In this document: positions 27,901 through 35,805 of the stretch, in pieces
How positions within the stretch are numbered: the first letter of the stretch is position 1
Layout: each line of letters opens with the position of its first letter
Notes under the pieces: model-generated
Databases searched by the model: none
Seen by the model: only the letters and a program-made list of their open reading frames with translations
Told to the model about the DNA's origin: nothing
IMG/VR virus record: IMGVR_UViG_3300005689_000302
Span: 1 to 64,000 of that record
Length of the DNA stretch: 64,000 nucleotides
Strand: one strand, 5' to 3'
Source of the DNA: a virus
Taxonomy: Duplodnaviria; Caudoviricetes
Translations under genes and position numbers: made by a program

Positions 27901-29100
27901 GGGAAAGAGCATCGCAAGGGCGACGTGAAGCCGGCCGACTTTCAAAACGCCTTCAATTTCCGCGGCGGTGAGTTCGGCAACTGGCAATCGGGCAAGGATG
28001 GGCAAACCTCGCTCAATCACGCCTACGACGCCCTGCACGATCTGGCCGACGTGCTGGGAGTTCCGCCGAAAGCCGTCTCACTCAACGGCGATCTGGCAAT
28101 CGCTTTCGGGGCGCGCGGAACGGGCGGGAAAGACGCCGCCCGCGCCCATTACGAGCCCGAAAAGCGGGTTATCAACCTGACGAAAATGTCCGGCGCCGGC
28201 ACGCTGGCGCATGAGTGGCTGCACGCGCTGGACCACTACCTCGCCAAAGAGGCCGGCTCGAAGAAACACACGACGACGGGGCTTGGCTACAGGGAGAAGC
28301 TCCGCGACGATCTGCACGCCGCGATGAAGGGCGTTCACGACGCGTTGATGACGAAGACGGTCGAAGAAGGATTCTCTGACGAAAAGACGGGCAAGCAACG
28401 CGACGCGGCGCACGAGAACCTTGCCGAGCAACTGAAGAACATCGAGCAACTGTTTGACTACTACGGAAAGAAGAAGCCGTTCACGCCCGAGCAACAAAAG
28501 CAATGGAACGAGCTTAAGGGCAAGATTCTCGCGGGCGATGTGGGCAAGGCCGGCTACCTGCCGAGTAAATCGCAATATGGCGGTCCGCCGACGTTTGAGA
28601 ATCTGCATCAACTGAACCAGCTCTACAAGGCGCGCACCGGGCGCAGCTTCCATACGAGCGATCAAAACTCCTATGGCCACCGGCTCTATTGGGCGGCCAA
28701 GCATCTTGTTGATTCCAACGAAGCGGTGGAAAAGGCCAAGCAAGGCGCCACGCAACAGCGGAAAGCCAAGACGGATTTCTTTCATGCGGCCGTCGATTTG
28801 GACAAGACGCGCGCCAGCGACTATTACACGCTGCCCGAGGAAATGATGGCCCGCGCCTTCGAAGGCTACGTCATGGACAAGCTGGCGGCCAAGCAACAAA
28901 AGAACGATTACCTCGGCGGCAAGGCTGACAATCGATTCTATGAGGCTTACGGGATGAAGCCGTTCCCCGAGGGCGACGAACGCAAGGCGATCAACGCCGC
29001 CTTCGACAAGCTATTCACCACGCTCAAGCACGAATCGCGCAGCGACGAACGCGGCGAACACGCTCGGCTGTATTCCAAGTTGCGCGAACGGGTTTCCTAG
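21964..29100 (+). CDS. Portal (DUF935/Mu gp29-like) fused to a polyvalent cargo polyprotein, 2378 aa
   Basis: N-terminal about 500 aa portal (QAVFYGRYA, GVGLRSFIYW, VERTGMG, ITKFVLGQTLST, GLGSGVADLH); then kinase-like, ParB-like (DGHRR), InPase-like (ENPKGS, HYGYI, DGDQVD, FDEHKVM) and LPD5/LPD1-like (DFGEKIGGARK, GEFGNW, AHEWLHALD, ARAFE) segments; single open frame. Confidence 0.88.
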   Translation: MLAPKGGLRINGTTYREGDRVTKRDARALRDARRHAKLGQSTQRAVDPAALIKDVPPNFGRAILPHVMTFSGMMSTLSKVYRNSDEALRHSVENAHMMVQDPMVMGPILARQKMVALYNWHLQPEDEDDKTQQALCRDLTTILNRIPRFVEYRRILLQAVFYGRYAVQHQYSFHTDSKRNRRTIVSHYTPISGDKLAFRYDDGRGEYDYNQVGVKVTPALNHRDVIAGDRELEVTGDGMAYFLQPWERSRFAVHKHLLWDGDYEDPLSAGKIHGVGLRSFIYWVWYQKQEVLAQLMEIVERTGMGFYVYYYPMGNAAAKAEVEKIAQEQAHTNRIIVPHDLGDPDAYRIEQIPPNTAGIEILQAIVTNHFQNQITKFVLGQTLSTDAAATGLGSGVADLHEKSLLNLARYDAINLEETITRELVWPLRDFNFPKYRSIDILFKIDTESSTPKEDLDAAKALWDMGAELKSADLFDKLGLSMPGPNDLKLSNPQLQQQAAGMMPGMPGMPPGMPPGLPGADPMAGMMGGPEEGGPEDQPPGDDPSEPPGGPPAMPGDAAPQGPDLKRIFGPILHAKHKPAEGQRSLWDEEKHPRDEAGKFAPKAGDKFTLPPVGDRKPMPMKVYGVDDAHAYAQLDTPEHNKWAEKYPAPGTGYAKVPLQSWKHFVNDLSGKLQFDTPSGNHAVDAVAAGKGKWLGKGDDGVAWRVGDWVVKASTTVPFIPENPGHRTPDEAAAMMEKASTAHEKLRRAGVKGLVPIYHFRHEDKHLQVMPFLDTETPLTGEQLWQIEKTLEQIHAAGYTLNDQIQAGVMDDGNAYIYDTGKIRPGADNWKKESDRDELRALKSRHGHPEPIDVWDGNNDDLDAEDAAEAAAAREDDKRRYGMAMRYAKQASLWDEEKHPREDDGKFAFTSGPGGGSSPAKSKPASLFGDDDAGDDEPFTLGAAPKKAKQGGRFEGKGKEKQPPLFSGLNALPGQKDLFDDLDKPAPPDPLKAPREAAPPPKLVSEPPPAPAPTATESLAPISSKNYAPHVYAGLNKLWDAGGTAYVNTHLKTTRIAPKDRDAIKLTSKGGLYLRRGKHWDAITGDVLDRLGSQVGLPSSYDLHKQEWDAEHKNARYGGKHPGELHDAEFLDHAETEKRHRANYFDAAGNKFASSRETPAEYVDLPIGSWRKDRSFSGLYGNSIDQLVELDPNHLELPEGDYAANPNFNPEGRRWDAERYADWIREGKTPPPISVLEMPNGSLKVSDGHRRAAAAKMTGQPIRAWVNWAADTGKKDYEGKPILSGMTDQLAAREHAGEVEPHSGLGWGHEGVVKRAGPERHAKPRPLDDFALRNFAERIRRGDQHGARDLLVRAGFDPLTLDAYWGMIVKSVVGGTAPIKHARDLRAAITAAADATNTDPSDAQREAGNYPKGKLWLHGLELTIENPKGSKRRPEWKPLAAHYGYIRRHEGADGDQVDCYLGPHPESQLVFVIDQPKASGRFDEHKVMFGWTNLRDARKAYADCYQAGWKVGPITALTIEQFKDWLEFGDLSKPIGRYKPAKYARSMASVLRYAERSEERGQGRGQPGNRGQFGYAPKRKKTIGQGQQEFHWVTIDGTHVAINDATGAIEKGPKALVGKTLGGPKKQKGLFDDDDKPAKKAEEKPEEKRVEAPPEKKPPEVPATIEELDDDVVDDDDIEAGDDSVTDRLKSSVNAFLDDKPDGSWRDWMDERGTKHLLDELDGGDDKLRGRLEYEAFELFAWREPKEKDQPAGETADDVLEPFAESPEPAADASPEPALPAEQSATPSAAPAPKPAATAKSKGARAAARAKLMEDFGEKIGGARKETARPSNRPKVEKPADERPAWARRYNISQITKSTKPGEEGKWAIYDTKQKTWSGQPKQVGGGMLFDSKEDAEKSLPLYEVSRSHRVYAYTPKGATEKQFGIFRKLGDRKTPLVKGGFASEQEAMQHMAANPHDVIGHKFPRYESYQYLDRVERKGGKEHRKGDVKPADFQNAFNFRGGEFGNWQSGKDGQTSLNHAYDALHDLADVLGVPPKAVSLNGDLAIAFGARGTGGKDAARAHYEPEKRVINLTKMSGAGTLAHEWLHALDHYLAKEAGSKKHTTTGLGYREKLRDDLHAAMKGVHDALMTKTVEEGFSDEKTGKQRDAAHENLAEQLKNIEQLFDYYGKKKPFTPEQQKQWNELKGKILAGDVGKAGYLPSKSQYGGPPTFENLHQLNQLYKARTGRSFHTSDQNSYGHRLYWAAKHLVDSNEAVEKAKQGATQQRKAKTDFFHAAVDLDKTRASDYYTLPEEMMARAFEGYVMDKLAAKQQKNDYLGGKADNRFYEAYGMKPFPEGDERKAINAAFDKLFTTLKHESRSDERGEHARLYSKLRERVS

Positions 29101-29141
29101 CGCCTTCGCGCCGCGTCTTTTCTGTTTTTTCTCTTTTCGAA

Positions 29142-32100
29142 GTGTCCAGCCTCATGACCGGCAAACGGTCGTCTCAATATCCGTCCGCGATTCGCTACGC
29201 TGCCGAGTGGCGTGAAGAAGATCACCCGCGCAACGAAGACGGCGAGTTCGTTGAGAAAGACGGCGGCGTCGGCGCTGCGCTCGGCGACGCCTACGAAGGC
29301 GACGGCGGCGACGACTCGTTCGACTTCGGCCCCGACGACGCCTACAGTCCTGGCGATGGCGAAGCGTTGCAGCTCGGCCCCGACGACGCCTACAGTCCTG
29401 GCGACTCCTACGAAGGCGACTTTGAAGCGGGCGAGCCTGATACCTCGTTCGACTTCGGCGCCGACGAACCGCCGAAAGCGGGCGGAAAGGTGGCGCAAAT
29501 TGTCGACGACGTGCTCGACGACGCCTTCGGGGGCGGCGAAAGCGCCGAGGAACAGCCGCGGCCGGGCGATACCTTCACTTCGCGCGCCACTGGCGCGACC
29601 TATCCCGCAACGACGCCGAAGCAAGTCGCCGACCTGATCGATCGCCTCAAGGCGATGGACGCCGGCCGGCGCGAGCGCGTAGCGACGGAAGACGACGAGC
29701 CGGAGCTCGACGCCGACGCGCTGGGAATCGACGACGAGGATCAAGAGCTGGACGCCGGCGACTTGGGAATCGCTGGCGTTCCGGAAGACGACGAGCCGAT
29801 CGACCTGGAATCCGTTCCGGAAGACGACGAGCCGATCGATGCGGAAATCGTTCCTGACGCTGACAAGCCGCCGGTCGCTTATCCGCCCGCTGGCGCTCCT
29901 GGCGCCGCTGCCGGCCCTGCCGCCAGCAACCAGCCGGCCGCGGCCCGGCGTCGCCTGACGCTCGAAGCGGTCGCCAAAATCGCCGAGAAGCTCAATACCT
30001 ACCTCAAGACCGGAAAGTTCGACGAAGAGGATTTGCGGCGCCTGGGGCAATCGCTCGCCGAGCGCTTCAATCCGCGGCCGGCCCCGGAAGATTCGCCGGC
30101 GGCGGTTGTCGCCGAGCATTTGGATAAGGCGCCGGGAATCGTTGGCGACGCGCTCCGCGCTTTGCACGCCTCGCGGGAAGTGCAGCGCACCGGGCGCACC
30201 GACAACGCCGACCTGCACGGCGATTATGCGCGGCGCGTCTATCGACACTTACAATCGGTCGCCCGGGAGGGGGACGGGTTCGGCGAAGTCTATGACTTGT
30301 CGGCCGAGCTCGGCCCGGGCGCCGTTGGCTACGCTTCGCCGGCCGGCGTGCTGGCAATGCTTCCCCCGCGGTTCAAGGGGCAAGGCTGGGACGTACGCTA
30401 CGCGGCGCAGCCGCCAGGAAGCGAAGCGCGAGCGCCGCTGCCGCAAAAGCCCGACGCCAAGGGGAAGCAGCCGAAGCAACCGAAGGCCCCGCCCGTCGTG
30501 GGTTCGACGCCACCGAAACCGCCAGCGCCGCCGAAACCGCCAAAGCCTACGCCGGCGCCAAAGCCACCGAAGCCCGCGCCAGCGCCAAAGCAACCGAAAG
30601 GCCCCAAGCCGCCGCCCGTCGTCGGATCGGTCCCGCCGAAGCCGCCGAAGCCGCCGAAGGCCCCCAAGCCGGAAAAGGCGCCGAAAGAACAGCGCACGCG
30701 AAGCGAGCATCTTTTGATGGGGAAAATCTCCAAGCTCACCGAAGACCCGGAAGAGCAACGCGCAATCTACGACGCCGCCCGCGAGCTGCACAACATGCGG
30801 CAAAACGAAATGAGCGACCTGCTGCAAGCGCGCAACGATCTTTTGCCGTACAGCAACAAAATCGACAACGCCGCCTTCATCCGCAACCTGCAGCGGATCA
30901 TGGCCAAGGGCGGCGACGAAGAAACGCTGATGAAGACGCCGCTCGGCCGGCGGTGGGATCAACTGCTCGAGCGGGCGCAGAAGGATTACCCGCACCTTCT
31001 CGGCGGCGGCAAGCGGAAGCTCGACCCGTCAAGCGCGCTGATGGATTTGCTTTCCAAGCCGGCGACGGAGTTCGAAATCCCGCCGCTGCACTCCGACGAA
31101 TCGCTGGCCGAGGCGGTCAGCTTCATCCAAAGCCAAGCCAACGAACCGGAGTTTGTTCCGGATCCCGCGCTGGATGCGGTTCCGTTTGCGCTCTCGCGCG
31201 CGACGGTGATTCGCTATCGGCGGTGGGCGATGTCGGCGCTCGGTCGCTATCGGGCGGCGCGGGCGGCGGCGCGAAAATACTCGAAAGAGTGGAAGGAATC
31301 GCAGCATCCCCGCGAAGACGACGGGAAGTTTGCCGAGAAGGATTCCGGAGCGCATAATGGCGGCGCCATGAACGCCAATCTGCCAATCGCGACGCCGCCT
31401 AATGACTCCGTTAACGACTCGCGCCTCGTTGCCGGCGAAACCATTCCGCGCGGAGAATCCTACGACGACGCTCTTGCGATTTACAACGCCTGGCAAAAGC
31501 GCAATCCCCGGCCGCCCGCCTTGTACGAAGCGAAGCTGCCGGAGATTCCCAAAGGCACGCCCGATCGTGCGCGACTCAAAGCCGAGCAAGAGGCCCCTTA
31601 CATCGCGGCGCAGAAGGAATACGAAGCCAATCTTCAAGCGGTGAGTCGCCTGAGCGGATACGCCGAACACTCGCTGGCGAAGCACAAAGCCGAGCAAGCG
31701 GCTCGCGAATCCCAAAGCGCCGCCAAGCACGCCGACAAACTAAAGGCGCTCGCATGGGCGCAAAGCCACGCCGGAAAAAACCAATACGCGCAGCAAGCGA
31801 TCGACGACATTCGCCGCGGCGACGATCCGCTGCGCTCCGTTCATCGCGCCTGGTATCCCGGCGCCGCGCAGTATGCGATCAAGCAGCTCAAGAAGCTCGG
31901 CGCCAAGCGCGAGCACACGAGCGAAAAGAGCGCTTCGGCCGGTTCGGTCTATTACGGCTTGCCGGATGGGCGACGCATTCGGATCAGCGATCACGAACTG
32001 CCGTTGACGGAGGAACGCCAGTGGAATCGCTCGCAAGGGATTCGCGGCCGGTGGCGGGAAATCGTTCTCGATCGCGTCATTCCTCCCGAGGAAATCGACG

Positions 32101-32576
32101 CGATGATCGACGATGCCGTAACGGGTGGGAACGACGATGAAGAGTTTGTCGAGAAGGACGGCGCGGCGCATAATGGCGACGCTATGAATCTCACTCTCTA
32201 TCGCGCTACAGACGATCCGATCATTGTTGGTTCGGCTAGTTTCTCTACCTCGCGCGAAGCGGCGGAAGCGTATTTGAATAATCCCGGCTTCGGCGGTTCG
32301 ACGTTGTATCGAGCGGATGTTGAAATCGACCCGGATACGCTGCTCGACGTTTTCGATATGGACACCGAAGACGCCATTGAAGCCATTCGAGAAGTTGCCG
32401 ACCTGCCGCATCCCGGCGCCATCGGTGCCGACGAATGGGTGCCTCGCATCGCTGAAACGCTTCGCGACGCCGGCATTGAATGGGTGCGCGTGAGGGAAAG
32501 CTATCCCGTTGACAGCGAAACCTACATTTTCGTTGGCGGCGACGATCCGGAGCTAGAAGAAGCGACGGACGAATAG
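29142..32576 (+). CDS. Second polyvalent cargo protein, 1144 aa, in the slot usually held by MuF
   Basis: RYAAEWREEDHPRNEDGEF leader, acidic repeats, P/K-rich linker, second HPR leader, IRISDH domain, C-terminal YR...SFSTS ART-like segment; no MuF HxNCRC motif. Confidence 0.8.
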   Translation: MSSLMTGKRSSQYPSAIRYAAEWREEDHPRNEDGEFVEKDGGVGAALGDAYEGDGGDDSFDFGPDDAYSPGDGEALQLGPDDAYSPGDSYEGDFEAGEPDTSFDFGADEPPKAGGKVAQIVDDVLDDAFGGGESAEEQPRPGDTFTSRATGATYPATTPKQVADLIDRLKAMDAGRRERVATEDDEPELDADALGIDDEDQELDAGDLGIAGVPEDDEPIDLESVPEDDEPIDAEIVPDADKPPVAYPPAGAPGAAAGPAASNQPAAARRRLTLEAVAKIAEKLNTYLKTGKFDEEDLRRLGQSLAERFNPRPAPEDSPAAVVAEHLDKAPGIVGDALRALHASREVQRTGRTDNADLHGDYARRVYRHLQSVAREGDGFGEVYDLSAELGPGAVGYASPAGVLAMLPPRFKGQGWDVRYAAQPPGSEARAPLPQKPDAKGKQPKQPKAPPVVGSTPPKPPAPPKPPKPTPAPKPPKPAPAPKQPKGPKPPPVVGSVPPKPPKPPKAPKPEKAPKEQRTRSEHLLMGKISKLTEDPEEQRAIYDAARELHNMRQNEMSDLLQARNDLLPYSNKIDNAAFIRNLQRIMAKGGDEETLMKTPLGRRWDQLLERAQKDYPHLLGGGKRKLDPSSALMDLLSKPATEFEIPPLHSDESLAEAVSFIQSQANEPEFVPDPALDAVPFALSRATVIRYRRWAMSALGRYRAARAAARKYSKEWKESQHPREDDGKFAEKDSGAHNGGAMNANLPIATPPNDSVNDSRLVAGETIPRGESYDDALAIYNAWQKRNPRPPALYEAKLPEIPKGTPDRARLKAEQEAPYIAAQKEYEANLQAVSRLSGYAEHSLAKHKAEQAARESQSAAKHADKLKALAWAQSHAGKNQYAQQAIDDIRRGDDPLRSVHRAWYPGAAQYAIKQLKKLGAKREHTSEKSASAGSVYYGLPDGRRIRISDHELPLTEERQWNRSQGIRGRWREIVLDRVIPPEEIDAMIDDAVTGGNDDEEFVEKDGAAHNGDAMNLTLYRATDDPIIVGSASFSTSREAAEAYLNNPGFGGSTLYRADVEIDPDTLLDVFDMDTEDAIEAIREVADLPHPGAIGADEWVPRIAETLRDAGIEWVRVRESYPVDSETYIFVGGDDPELEEATDE
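29326..29404 (+). repeat. 31-bp direct repeat x2 (GPDDAYSPGD), 48-nt period
   Basis: tcggccccgacgacgcctacagtcctggcga at 29326 and 29374. Confidence 0.9.
29778..29839 (+). repeat. 26-bp direct repeat x2 (VPEDDEPID), 36-nt period
   Basis: gttccggaagacgacgagccgatcga at 29778 and 29814. Confidence 0.9.
31330..31370 (+). promoter_or_regulatory. Candidate intragenic sigma70-type promoter A with in-frame ATG
   Basis: TTGCCG-N17-CATAAT, in-frame ATG 9 nt after the -10 (31368). Confidence 0.5.
32146..32186 (+). promoter_or_regulatory. Candidate intragenic sigma70-type promoter B with in-frame ATG
   Basis: TTGTCG-N17-CATAAT, in-frame ATG 9 nt after the -10 (32184). Confidence 0.5.
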
Positions 32577-32677
32577 ACCTTCCTAGTACGCCCGAAAACC
32601 GCGCGCACGTCGTCGTCTGCCTAGCGGCCGAAAGCGATTAAACGCTTCGCGCCGCCCCTTGTCCTGCCTGTTTCATC

Positions 32678-32917
32678 ATGCCCGAACAATCTCCCGCGTC
32701 TGCGCGCGCCGACCGCCGCGACGAACAACGCCGCCTCGTGCTTGCCGAGTGCGTCGGCTTCCTCGACGGCTCGCTGGCCGATCGTTTGGTCGCCGGCTAC
32801 TACGGCGAAGTGTCGGTCACGATTAAGATTGCCGACGGCGTGCCGGTCTGTATCCTCACTTCGGCTCCCCAAACCAAGCAGCTCAAGTGGCAAGCAACTC
32901 CCCCGAGCACGCGCTAG
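32678..32917 (+). CDS. Small hypothetical protein
   Basis: ATG 32678; GYYGEVSVTIKIADG beta motif. Confidence 0.65.
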   Translation: MPEQSPASARADRRDEQRRLVLAECVGFLDGSLADRLVAGYYGEVSVTIKIADGVPVCILTSAPQTKQLKWQATPPSTR

Positions 32918-33342
32918 TTAGCGACGCCTGGCGGATCCTCGACGCGCTCGACCTGGCCGAAATCGACCGAAGGATTGAATTTCTCGAAACGGCGCTCGTC
33001 GAATACAAGTCGCTCGCCGCCATCAAACGGATCGAAGCCCGCCGGCCGGCGGGGCTGGTGTATCCGCCGCTGACGATCCCGCTCACCGACCTGGACGCCG
33101 CCGCTCGCGGGCGGGCGCCGCGCCGCTCGGCCGATGAAATGATCGAGCTGGTGTCGGCGTTTCTCGACGGCGGGCCGCGGAAGACGGCCGACATTGCCGC
33201 CCACGTCGGCTGCAAGCGGGCGACGATCGAACAACACTTATCGAGCTATCACCATCGGGTCTATGTCCGCGTCGGCCGCGGCTTGTGGGCGCTGCGCCAT
33301 CCGCGGCCGGCGACAAGCGACGCCGCCACGATGCCGGCCTAG
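32887..33342 (+). CDS. Winged-HTH DNA-binding protein
   Basis: FLDGGPRKTADIAAHVGCKRATIEQHLS...YVRVGRGLWAL. Confidence 0.7.
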   Translation: MASNSPEHALVSDAWRILDALDLAEIDRRIEFLETALVEYKSLAAIKRIEARRPAGLVYPPLTIPLTDLDAAARGRAPRRSADEMIELVSAFLDGGPRKTADIAAHVGCKRATIEQHLSSYHHRVYVRVGRGLWALRHPRPATSDAATMPA

Positions 33343-33531
33343 CGTTCGACACGGTTCGACGCTCGCGAAAAAGCGTTTCTCTTTTTTTTGTTTGTCCGAA
33401 GGCGATCGACCTTCTACGATTCCACTGACTGAGGCGCTCGGCGCTCTTCCCCCTCTCGCCGTCGCCTGCCGCTGAAAGCCGTCGCTCCTGCGCGACTCGC
33501 TGCTCGTCTTTTCCCGCCTGCCTCCCGCCTG

Positions 33532-35160
33532 ATGCCGCTCGCGCCTGCCCTGGGCCAGCCGGCCCCGCGCCTCGCGCGTGCGTCCGCTGCTGGTCCCGCC
33601 GCCGACCCCCTCGACTCGCTGCGTCCTACCGCGCTGCTCGACAACGCGGAAGACGCCGGCGAGTTCGTCGTGATTGACGGCGTGCCGATCTTCGACGCTC
33701 ACGTCGGGGATGACGGCACGGAATACGACGAGCGCCTGCTCGCGCAAATCGCCGAGAACAACAACCGCCGGATTCGCGATACGGGCGACTTTTGCCCGCT
33801 GGTGATTGGGCATACGCCCGAGGATCCCAGCTCGGATAAAGACCCGCCGCTGGTCGGCATGGCCGGCCCGTTCAAGGTCGGGATGTTCGGCGACGAGAAG
33901 CCGCGGCCGTGCATCTTCGCCAAGTTTTGGGTCTGGAAACACAAGCTGCGCCAGTTCAAGGAACACCCGCGGCGCAGCGTGGAGCTCTGGCCGGAGAACG
34001 CGCCCGAAGAACGGTTCTTCGACCCGATCGCTCTGCTCGGCGCGGAAACGCCGCGGCGGGCGCTCGGCCTGGCCTACGCCAAAGCGCAGCCGGGCCGCAA
34101 GCAGCCGATCCGCTACGAAATGGCCGCCGCTGCGGCCCCAAGCGGCACGAACACCTTTTTGCCGTCGGGCGGCCTCGCCAAGCGCGACGCCGGCGACGAA
34201 CCCACCAAATATCAACAGGCGCCCGCCATGCCTTTCTCGCCCGAAGACGTCCAGCAATTGGTCGAAGCCCTCAAGCCGACGATCCAAACGCTCGTCAGCG
34301 AAGCGATGCAAGCCGTTCAAAATCCCGAGCCGGATATGACCGGCCTGGATGATGACTTCGGCGGCGATGACCTGGCCTTCAGCGAGCCGGGCAACCTCGA
34401 TCCGATGGCCGACCCAATGGCCGATCCCGCTGGCGATCCGATGGGCGATCCGCTCGCCGGAGGCGACGCCGGTCGGGAAGACGCGAGCCTCAACGATGAA
34501 GGCCTGGACGATGTCGGGCCGGGCGACGGATTCGATGACTCTGGCCTGGAAAACGACGCCGATCCGATCCCGGCGGAAGATGAGGATCCCGAACGCTATG
34601 CCAATATGGGCGCCGCCACCGCGGGCGCTCCGCTTGCCAACCTTATGAACAAAGCAGCTCCCGTCGGCCCGAACAAGTTTCAGAAACAGCGCGACGAATG
34701 GAAGCTGCGCTACCAGAAGGAAAAGGCCGGCCGCGAACAGGCGATCGCCGAGCGCGACCGCTACAAGAAGGAGCGCGACGAAGCGCTCAAGGCGCAGCGC
34801 TATGCGAAACGCCTCGCCGACGCGATCAACCTGCGCAACGAAGGCTACACGCTCGAGCCGGAAGAAGAAGTCGGCGATTTTCTGCACCTGAGCGATGCAC
34901 AGTGGGATAGCCACGTTGCCCACGCTCGCGTCCGCTATCAGAAGGTGCCGCTGGGCACGGTCGCCATTCCGCGCGATGAAGCGATGGAATACGCCGCTCG
35001 CGAACAGCGCGCCCGCTTCGCCGAGAAGGCGGAAAAGGTCGCCACGCGCTACCAGAAGACGCCGGGCAAGAAGCATATCACTTACGCCCACGTCCTCAAG
35101 CACATCATCGCCAACAAAGGCCAGCTCAACGAAGAGCTGCTGGCGCAAGAAGTCGCCTAG
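33532..35160 (+). CDS. Prohead protease/scaffold (Mu gpI-like)
   Basis: LVIGHT, RRSVELW, IALLGAETP protease-like N-terminus; acidic linker; coiled-coil scaffold; position before decoration protein and MCP; exact start uncertain. Confidence 0.75.
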   Translation: MPLAPALGQPAPRLARASAAGPAADPLDSLRPTALLDNAEDAGEFVVIDGVPIFDAHVGDDGTEYDERLLAQIAENNNRRIRDTGDFCPLVIGHTPEDPSSDKDPPLVGMAGPFKVGMFGDEKPRPCIFAKFWVWKHKLRQFKEHPRRSVELWPENAPEERFFDPIALLGAETPRRALGLAYAKAQPGRKQPIRYEMAAAAAPSGTNTFLPSGGLAKRDAGDEPTKYQQAPAMPFSPEDVQQLVEALKPTIQTLVSEAMQAVQNPEPDMTGLDDDFGGDDLAFSEPGNLDPMADPMADPAGDPMGDPLAGGDAGREDASLNDEGLDDVGPGDGFDDSGLENDADPIPAEDEDPERYANMGAATAGAPLANLMNKAAPVGPNKFQKQRDEWKLRYQKEKAGREQAIAERDRYKKERDEALKAQRYAKRLADAINLRNEGYTLEPEEEVGDFLHLSDAQWDSHVAHARVRYQKVPLGTVAIPRDEAMEYAAREQRARFAEKAEKVATRYQKTPGKKHITYAHVLKHIIANKGQLNEELLAQEVA

Positions 35161-35209
35161 CGGCTCGTCGCCAACCACCATTCACTGTTTCGGGTATCGC
35201 ACACATCGA

Positions 35210-35254
35210 GCCTGCTTTTGTTCCGCCTCGCGGCGGATGAAGGCGGGCTTTTTT
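35210..35254 (+). terminator. Hairpin plus U-tract between scaffold and decoration genes
   Basis: gcctgcttt/aaggcgggc outer stem, tccgcc/ggcgga inner stem, followed by tttttt. Confidence 0.6.
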
Positions 35255-35271
35255 CGTTTTGGAAGTGACTC

Positions 35272-35667
35272 ATGGCAAAAGAAGGTTTGCTCGTAAAGGC
35301 CGGCGGCGACATCAACCCGAGCCGTTTCGTGACCGGCAACGGTTCGTATACGGTCGTGGAAGCGAACGCCGCCGATCAGAAGATCGTCGGCATTTCGCAA
35401 GAGGGAACGAAAGTCGCGCCGCAAACGGGCGCTTCGACGCTGGCCGCCGAAGACGGCGATCAGCTCCGCATCTTCACCGCCGGCGACATTTGCCTTTTGG
35501 AAATGGACGCCAGCGGATGCACGGCCTGGGACTACCTCAAGCCGGACAACGACGGTAAGGGCGACGTCGCCAGCTCGGGCGATCCGGTCGCGGCGCTGGC
35601 GCTGGAAACCGTCTCTGGCGGCGAAAAGGCGCACGTCATCGTCCTGCCGCCGTTCGATATGGGCTAA
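35272..35667 (+). CDS. Capsid decoration/cement protein (DUF2190-like)
   Basis: 131 aa, beta-rich G/A/D composition, immediately before MCP. Confidence 0.7.
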   Translation: MAKEGLLVKAGGDINPSRFVTGNGSYTVVEANAADQKIVGISQEGTKVAPQTGASTLAAEDGDQLRIFTAGDICLLEMDASGCTAWDYLKPDNDGKGDVASSGDPVAALALETVSGGEKAHVIVLPPFDMG

Positions 35668-35715
35668 GCGGCCCCGCGCCGCTGACAACTTCTTCCTGGG
35701 TATTGAACAAATCAA

Positions 35716-35776
35716 GCCCGTCGCCAAGCGCGCTGCCTGTCCGGCAACCGCGCACGCAACGGGCTTGGCGACGGGC
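35716..35776 (+). other. 14-bp perfect stem-loop in the MCP leader
   Basis: gcccgtcgccaagc (35716-35729) pairs with gcttggcgacgggc (35763-35776). Confidence 0.75.
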
Positions 35777-35805
35777 GCTCCTCTTCTCTCTAAGGAACGC
35801 TTCGC

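Noticed and set aside
33238-35181. Long antisense ORFs in the track (also 22075-23163, 16471-17784, 54358-56034 and others)
   Set aside because: Typical shadows of high-GC3 plus-strand genes: R/G/L/V-rich, no motifs, no initiation signals
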